Below, piece after piece: positions 56,033-64,000 of a DNA stretch of 64,000 bases (its first letter is position 1; the number at the start of each line of letters is the position of its first letter). The position numbers and the translations under genes are program-made. Source of the DNA: Octopus vulgaris (taxonomy: Eukaryota). Location: contig OX597817.1 of the NCBI GenBank assembly GCA_951406725.2, forward strand, positions 81,902,001 through 81,966,000, given 5' to 3'. The notes below the pieces were generated by a model. The model was not told where the DNA came from. It did no database searches and saw only the letters and a list, made by a program, of their open reading frames with translations.

Positions 56033-56250
56033 TGCCGGACCAGCAAGGGGAAGCAGCTGACCTCCTCTGTCCGAAGGTTATAATGGACACAGGTTTGTGT
56101 GTCACATTGCTAGCTAGAGGTGATGGCCTCTTGGAGCTAATCAACGGCAGCATTCGTCCTATTTATCTGGACAACCATGTTAGCTTGGCGATAACTGTTA
56201 ATATCCAGTAACGCTGCCGTAGTCTCCTTTAGAGAGAATTAGAAATAATG

Positions 56251-56313
<63 letters not shown>

Positions 56314-56399
56314 TGTATGTATGTATGTATGTATGTATGTATGTATGTATTAAGGACCATACAAAGTACAACCATAGTGTTTGCCGTTAGGCCGCGTTT

Positions 56400-57912
56400 T
56401 AGTGTGCTTCTTCAAAGCGCCGGGTGTTAAAACACCTGAAGGTCATGGACAGGTGGGGCGATTTCGAAATCCATCAGTCCTGAATGAGATCTGGGGTGAG
56501 TCCATGAGATCAACTCCTTCATCGCTCAAAAAATCTTTGACTCTCTTCACAGTGTGACAGGGGGCGTTGTCCTGCTCGAAGATGGGAGGTTGAACTGACG
56601 AGGGATCGGAGATGTGGAAGAATCTGCTTGTAGATTTCAGCATTGACAGTCCCTTGTAGGCGAATAAGTGGACCAGGACCAGCAGCAGAGATCACTGCCT
56701 GCTCCATATTTCACTGTCTTCTTCACACATGCACAAGATAACCTTTCATCACTTCTTTGTCGGACGTCCATCCCGCTATCGGAACTAATCGCATTAATCT
56801 CCGATTCATCGCTATAATGAACCTTCTACCATTGTTCTTTCCAAATGACATATCCGTGAGCGGAGCGAAGACGGGATCTTTGATTCTTCTTGCAGATCAG
56901 AGGTTTCTTTGCCGGTGCCCGAGCAAGCAACCCAGAACCTCGTAACCTCCGAGAAACTGTTTTGCGCGGTATGTTGAAATCAGAAGTAGAGCTAAACTCG
57001 TGGGATATCTCAGCAGTATTCTTAAACCTATCTATCCTTCAGTGACATTCTATCCATAATGCGATCCTGTCTTAATGAAGTTTTACGAGGTCTACCGGTT
57101 TTGGGTCGAGCATCTGTCGATCCTGACTTAAAACGAGCTACAATTCGTTGAACAACACTTCTAGACCTTCTTACTGTAGTTGCTTTCACAGAATCTGACT
57201 TTCCCTCTTGGTAGAGGCACACAATCCTTTGCCCTTCATTACAGGCCACCGGTCTTCTCTCACAAGCCGCCATGTTGACAGTTGAATGTTCCAATAATAT
57301 AAGATCATAAGAAGTAACTGTTATCCCGTTAACAGTCTACTAAACAACATATGCCTTGGTTAGTAGTTCACTTTTTAGTAAGTGACCCTTAACTTTTGGT
57401 CGCTGCAATTTGGAAGATTGTTTGTTTATTTCCTCATAAGTTACAAAATATTTATTCCATTCACTTGATATTTAATTTGCTTTTCGTGGGAAGGAATGTT
57501 TCATTAAAGTCATGTATCGTCTTGACCTTCGAAACGTGGAGTAGATGAAACAAAGGCGACTGAAGAAGGGGAATTTTCCTTGTATTGTATGTCCTGTACT
57601 CCATCATTTTACAAGAAATTAATTCAGTCCTGTGGTAACACATGTCAGGAGGTGATTGGTAGTAAAGGGATGTTCACAAAATATTAATAGTAAGGGTTTC
57701 TTTTTTGTTCATGTTCCATTTTTCATTGTTTGGCCGTTGCAGTTTGGAAGACTATTTCTTTATTTCCTCATAACTTACAAAATATATATTCCATTCCCTT
57801 GAAATTTTCTAAAGATGTGTGAAATATCTAGTGTTAACGTTTTGTTAAATCTTCTATAATAATTATTTCAATACATTTGTTCATGCTGGCCCTTATATTA
57901 TGGCCGCTACTG
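56400..57912 (-). mobile_element. Decayed Tc1-type transposon with subterminal direct repeats
   Basis: HTH with GRPRKT (57028-57294), AAGPGPL..GTVNA..Y..IL and FEQDNAPCH. ~80-bp direct repeats at 57398-57475 and 57731-57808. The end reads CAGTAGCGGCCA on the minus strand. Confidence 0.85.
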
Positions 57913-57922
57913 TGTGTGTATG

Positions 57923-57977
<55 letters not shown>

Positions 57978-57981
<4 letters not shown>

Positions 57982-58110
57982 GGAATTTGCACCCCGAAAA
58001 AAATAACAGCCAAAACAAAACAGAAGACGAAGGCTTACGTTCTTCAACAGAAAAGAACACAGAAATAAGCAGAGAGAGAAAAAAAATGGTTTAGTGGCTA
58101 GCGATCAACC

Positions 58111-58112
<2 letters not shown>
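57978..58112 (-). mobile_element. Deleted Penelope-like terminus in (TA)n
   Basis: Shares AAGACGAAG, TCTTCAACAGAAA and GGCTAGCGA with 9648 and 47012. Confidence 0.55.
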
Positions 58113-58162
<50 letters not shown>

Positions 58163-58270
58163 ATATATATATATCTTTATATATGTATATATATATATAC
58201 ATATATATATATACATATATATATGTTTATATATGTATATATATATACATATATACATATACATATATAC

Positions 58271-58370
<100 letters not shown>

Positions 58371-58386
58371 GCATCTATGTATATAT

Positions 58387-58547
58387 GCGCTGGAGTGGTT
58401 GTGTGGTAAGTAGCATGCTTACCAACTGCATGGTCCCGGGTTCAGTCCCACTGCGTGGCACCTCGGGCAAGTGTCTTCTACTATATGCTTCGGGCTGACC
58501 AAAGCCGTGTGAGAGGATTTGGTAGACGGAAACTGAAGGAAGCCCGT

Positions 58548-58589
<42 letters not shown>

Positions 58590-58603
58590 CATGTATATGT
58601 ATA

Positions 58604-58679
<76 letters not shown>

Positions 58680-58830
58680 TGTTGTGTGTATGTTTGTGTG
58701 TCTGTTTGTCCCTCCACCATCGCTTGACAACCGATGTTGGTGTGTTTACGTCACCGTAACTTAGCGGTTCGGCAAAGAGATCAATAAAATAAGTACTAAG
58801 CTTACAAAGAATAAGTACTGGGGGCGATAT
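58387..58830 (+). mobile_element. Octopus-type tRNA SINE with expanded internal microsatellite
   Basis: Same family as 42399-42797. Confidence 0.82.
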
Positions 58831-58852
58831 ACATACATACATATCTAAATGG

Positions 58853-59190
58853 AACACTCCGTCGGTTACTACAACGTGTGTCCCAGTTGAAACGATCAAT
58901 GGAACAGCTTACTCGTGAAATTAACGTGCGAGTGGCTGAGTATTCCACAGACACGTGTACGCTTAACGTAGTCCTCCAGGAGATTCAGTGGATTCAGTGT
59001 GACATAGAGGGTGACAAGGCTTGCCCTTTGAAATACAGGTACCATTCATTTTTGCCAGCTGAGTGGACTGGAGACACTTCAAATAAAGTGACTTGCTCAA
59101 GGCCACAACGCGTCGCCGGGAATTGAACTCACGACTTTACGATCGTGAGCCGAATTCCCTAATCCCTAACCACTAAGCCACGTGCCTTCA
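58853..59190 (-). mobile_element. tRNA-derived SINE
   Basis: The minus-strand head reads GGCACGTGGCTTAGTGGTTAGG..AGTTCAATTCCC. Central part shared with 61150-61225 and 3' part with 42240-42392. Confidence 0.75.
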
Positions 59191-59257
59191 CACACACACA
59201 TACACGCACGCACACACACACACACACACACGCACACACACACACATATATAAATAA

Positions 59258-59294
<37 letters not shown>

Positions 59295-59723
59295 AAACAA
59301 ATGAAAGACAGAAGATGGAATATACGAGAATATATTATTAATCACAACAATTGCTTCGACACATCTAGCATCGACTTCTCTTGTGGGACACACGAAAACT
59401 AGTTCAGGAGTATCCGGTGATGCAGACGTCGACTTCTCGTTGAAATGACCGTTCCATAATACAACTTTCCGTTTTGTAGAGAGAAAAACAGCCAGACGGT
59501 GAAAATTCTTCATAAATATAAAAGATCCCAAAATAAAATTGCAAAAGACAAAAAGAGAAGCGAACACTTAATCCAGCGAGAAAAGTATTGAAAAAAACCG
59601 TTAACAGATATGTTTGTATATCCTATCTTGTCTTTCATTTGTTATTTACCTAACGATCACTTTGAAAGTGACCGTGCTTTACCAGTAAGCTATCAGGTGT
59701 AAACCATTCGTTTTATTATGCAT

Positions 59724-59795
<72 letters not shown>

Positions 59796-59990
59796 GGTCA
59801 GATAAGAGGAAAAATTCTATAAGAAAGGAACTCTAATCTCTCTTTTATATTTTGATAAGCATAACAAATGCGCAACCGGTAAAAAGAACTTTCACCTAAT
59901 TAAATTACTTAAATTACTTCAATTATTTGTCAGCATTTTCTTCATTTCCTTTTTTATATATCACCACTCGTGTTCGACATCTCCTTTTTT

Positions 59991-60069
<79 letters not shown>

Positions 60070-60413
60070 CTTGAACAGCGACACAATTTCATGACTTCGT
60101 TTGTATGGCATTTATAATGTTTATAGTAATATTGTCAGGAGACCTTAGAAATGATATCAAAAGCGTAAACTTGAAGCAGCTTTTTTTCGCACGTGTAGTT
60201 CACAAAGATTTTTAAATAAAAGGATAGCGTTTACTTCAGACTTTCATTTCATATTTCAAAAAATATTTAGACAGTGAGTGTTCAAAAGAAGAACCAGGCT
60301 CGGTTTATCATTTGATAATCGGAAACGAGCAACTCTGAGTGCTGGAATGTATTACAGAATACTCTACATCTGTATTAAGTCCCCAATTCATCGCTTCTGT
60401 TGAGTCGAGATTC

Positions 60414-60446
<33 letters not shown>

Positions 60447-60452
60447 TGTATG

Positions 60453-60503
<51 letters not shown>

Positions 60504-60545
60504 TTTGCAAGATTCTGTATGTGAGTTCGTGTGCTGAAGCATATT

Positions 60546-60757
60546 CTGTTGTGTCTGGGGAGAGTCATTCTCTTTTAGTATCTCATAATTTGACACACTC
60601 ACCAGTGAAATTTCCAAATTTCCAAGAACTATTGAAAAGGTTGCAAGTCGCAACGAAAATTTTAGAAAAATATAGAAGGAAATGAGTGGAAATTTTACCG
60701 GAGCGTGTGTTAAATTATAAGACACTAAAAGAGAATGTCTCTCCCCAGACACAGCAG
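60546..60757. mobile_element. MITE with ~70-bp TIRs
   Basis: CTGTTGTGTCTGGGGAGAG.CATTCTCTTTTAGT... and ...ACTAAAAGAGAATGTCTCTCCCCAGACACAGCAG. Confidence 0.8.
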
Positions 60758-60780
60758 TATATATATATATATATATATAT

Positions 60781-60995
60781 TGATAGAAATGGTAAGACAA
60801 CAAAAGAATGAAAGAAACCTCGATATTATGTAAATAGAGGAATTTATCTGTAAATATAATATGTGACAATTAATTATTCAGTAGCATTTTTTTTGATGGC
60901 CGGATAACTGAAGAGATGGCGGCGTGGGTTTCCGCCCCGACATCCGAAACTCGGAGATTTATCATGGCTACCGAATAATTGTCACATTATATTTA
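60781..60995. mobile_element. Penelope-like terminus with short inversion and HHR-like motif
   Basis: Homologous to 49053-49326. Motif CTGAAGA-GATG..CATC-C-GAAA-CTCGG..CCGAA-TA at 60908-60977. Confidence 0.7.
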
Positions 60996-61012
60996 CATAC
61001 ATACATACACGC

Positions 61013-61109
<97 letters not shown>

Positions 61110-61119
61110 GCATGTGTTC

Positions 61120-61348
61120 CCCAGCTGGATGGGATGCCAGTCCATCGCAGCGTTACTCATTTTTGCCAGCTGAGTGGACTGGAGCAACGTGAAATGAAAT
61201 GTTTTGCACAACGCGTCACCCGGTCCAGGAATCGAAACTACAATCTTACGATCATGACGCTGACACCCTAACCACTAAGCCAGGAATCGAAACCACAATC
61301 TTACGATCATGATGCTGACACCCTAACCACTAAGCCACGCGCCTCCAC
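61120..61348 (-). mobile_element. tRNA-derived SINE with tandemly duplicated tRNA head
   Basis: 55-bp duplication at 61225-61279 and 61280-61334. Confidence 0.78.
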
Positions 61349-61465
61349 GTATGTATACATGTCACCAGTAATATTTCCCCACCAACTCTAATGTTTCTAC
61401 AACACATCTTTTCCATAGGCGACGTTGCCACGAACAGACGACTAAAGGCGGCAGGCGCCTTTTTA

Positions 61466-61693
61466 CAGGGTGACCCAAAAGTAGGTTTAAAGTTATTACG
61501 TAAGCACTTCAAATGTCTTTTAAAACATTTTATTACATTTAAAGTTTTATCTTACAATTATATTGTTTATTTTATAAATTAGCATAGAATAATGGTTTCA
61601 TACTTTTTTTTTTATAATTAAGATGTAAACTGTTAATATAAGAATGCGAAAGAGATAAGTGAATAATTGTAAACCTGCTTTTGGGCCACCCTG
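61466..61693. mobile_element. Tc1/mariner-type MITE
   Basis: TIRs CAGGGTGACCCAAAAGTAGGTTTA and TAAACCTGCTTTTGGGCCACCCTG, TA TSD. Confidence 0.88.
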
Positions 61694-62496
61694 TATAGTC
61701 GCTCAACCTACTAGATATAACAACCAAATCTCCTTCACTAATGGCTTAAAAAAGGATAGTTCAAGGGATGTATGTTGAAAGAAAAAGATGGGAAGGTCAC
61801 GACTGGCTTATCTCCGAACAGAAACCTGCTCGATCAAAACCGACATTGGGCTAAAGAACAATGAAAAAGAACAATAAAAAAAATCCGCATATAAACACGA
61901 AAGCACATTCACCACTACAACATAACACTCTACTATTACATCTTAGACATGTGTTAATGAATCATTTTGTAAGTTTGGATTTTGGTTGTGAAACGCTTAA
62001 AACATGACTAAGTATATGCATAATGGGAGTGGTCTGGTTTATGCTGCTGCAGCCGTAGAACCAATTGGGTTGATGTTGCATTCAGAAAATATAAATGGCG
62101 GGATGAAAAATATGGCGCGGAACGAGATAGATGGTGACGACGAAATAAAGAGCGGGAAAATAAATACACGTTGACACAATAAACAGAAGATACAATACGA
62201 AGAAGGAAGACGAAGAGGAGGAGAGGATAAAGCATGGGAATGGAGAATAATGATGCACAGGACAGAATACACACACACACACACGCACACACGCACATGT
62301 ACCTGTGTATATGTGCATATATGAATGTGTGCGTATGTATGCATGTGTGTATACACACATGTGTATGTATGTGCATGAGAAGAGGAGGGACAAAGAGCAG
62401 AGATATGAGGAGTAGGAGTGAAAAATCTATGTACGTTAATTGTTGGGTTGTGATGGCTAAAGTACGCTAGTTGTAGCAGTGGTTACAGTAGTAGTG

Positions 62497-62543
<47 letters not shown>

Positions 62544-62822
62544 TGCTGCTGTTGCTGTTGTTGTTGTTATTGTTATTGCCTTAATCGAGCAGAACTATAA
62601 GCAATGACATTCCAGTTATTTGCCTTTTTCAGGAATAGTCTTGCTCGGACTACATTATCAAATGTGCTAATCCCTCCGCTTTATTTTCTTTTATTTTACA
62701 AAGGCGTTTGAGTTTGAGTTACGGGGTATTTGACTGCTATTTCTTGCCATTCAATCTTCCACGTACAGGGTCCAATGTTGGTCCACAGATAGCAGTAGTA
62801 GCAGAAGTGTTAGTAGTGACAC

Positions 62823-62867
<45 letters not shown>

Positions 62868-62872
62868 GCAGC

Positions 62873-62919
<47 letters not shown>

Positions 62920-63169
62920 TTTGGAATGGTAAGTCTGGTGGTGGTGAAGGTGAAATTGAGGATGACAGAGGAGCTGGAGGCGGCGTTGGTTCACTTTTGG
63001 GTGGCGGCGGAGAACACAACGTAATGAATGGAATATATTGCGTGTGTGCAAGTGTGGCAACATGCATTTGGATTGTGCATCTGTACGGTGCAGTCTCTTT
63101 TATGTATATGCATAGGCACACCTCACGTGTTTCAGATCTACTACCATGTCTGTCTTTCTCTCTCTGGCT

Positions 63170-63179
63170 TTCTGCCTGT

Positions 63180-63257
<78 letters not shown>

Positions 63258-63292
63258 GTATGTCTGTCTGTCTGTCTGTCTGTGTCTGTCTG

Positions 63293-63375
<83 letters not shown>

Positions 63376-63460
63376 GTCTGTCTGTCTGTCTGTCTCTGTC
63401 TGTCTGTCTATCTATCTATCTATCATCTATCTATCTATCTGTCTGTCTATCTGTCTGTCT

Positions 63461-63549
<89 letters not shown>

Positions 63550-63690
63550 ATGTGTGTATGTCTGTCTGTCATCTCTGCCTGTCTGTCTTTCTGTCTGTCT
63601 GTCTGACTGCCTCTGTATGTCTGTCTGACTGTCTCTGTCTGTCTGTCTCTGTCTGTCTGTCTCTGTCTGTTTCTATCTGTCTGTCTCGCA
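63170..63690. repeat. Compound (TATC)n/(TGTC)n microsatellite
   Basis: Direct reading. Similar arrays at 6205, 8625, 20450, 23820, 29977 and 43888. Confidence 0.95.
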
Positions 63691-63905
63691 CCCCCTCTTT
63701 CTCTATCTATCTATTTATCACGTTGTATGTCTCACTGTTTTGTTTATTTTTTTTTGTTTGTCTGCTTATCTGTCCAATATATGTTAATGTCTTTTGTTTT
63801 GTCTGTCTTTCCTCTTCGTTCTATTTCTGTGTCTCTCTTTCTATGTCTGTTGTTTCCCCGCCTCTCTCTCTTCTCCTCTCTCTGTCACACATACACACAT
63901 AAATG

Positions 63906-63954
<49 letters not shown>

Positions 63955-64000
63955 ACATATATATATCTACATATACATACATAGATATGGATATAGTGGT

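Noticed and set aside
57520-57600. Permuted hammerhead from GAAACG...CTGAAGA
   Set aside because: The motifs are present, but I could not build stems I-III with a valid cleavage triplet.
59291-59648. ~35-bp inverted similarity as another HHR-bearing pLTR pair
   Set aside because: The arms are short, AT-rich and diverged, and no core motif was recoverable.
62016-62174. 52-aa small ORF MHNGSG...
   Set aside because: No recognisable motif or splice support.

Overview
Very AT-rich, microsatellite-saturated eukaryotic DNA. The (TA)n/(TATC)n/(AAT)n load and SINE repertoire suggest an Octopus/coleoid cephalopod genome (inference). I cannot support any intact host protein-coding gene, and nearly all listed ORFs are simple-repeat artefacts. 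The window is a mosaic of mobile elements: R4/Dong-type RLE LINEs stacked in (AAT)n tracts (two hubs, about 11-20 kb and 35-39 kb), a decayed RTE LINE, a Mag-like Gypsy remnant with 5' LTR and PBS, a Penelope-like (GIY-YIG) element, mariner/Tc1/DD41D/Tigger remnants, MITEs, a non-autonomous Helitron and many tRNA-derived SINEs. The most notable hidden signal is a dense set of hammerhead-ribozyme (HHR) motifs. One is an apparently intact minimal type I HHR with the compensatory U3-A8 core inside a ~310-nt highly self-complementary, retrozyme-like unit (55935-56245). Several Penelope terminal repeats carry HHR-like cores with variant sequences, sit in (TA)n and often form inverted hairpin pairs. 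One tRNA-headed SINE has an HHR-like 3' tail. All structures were read by eye and none was computed.
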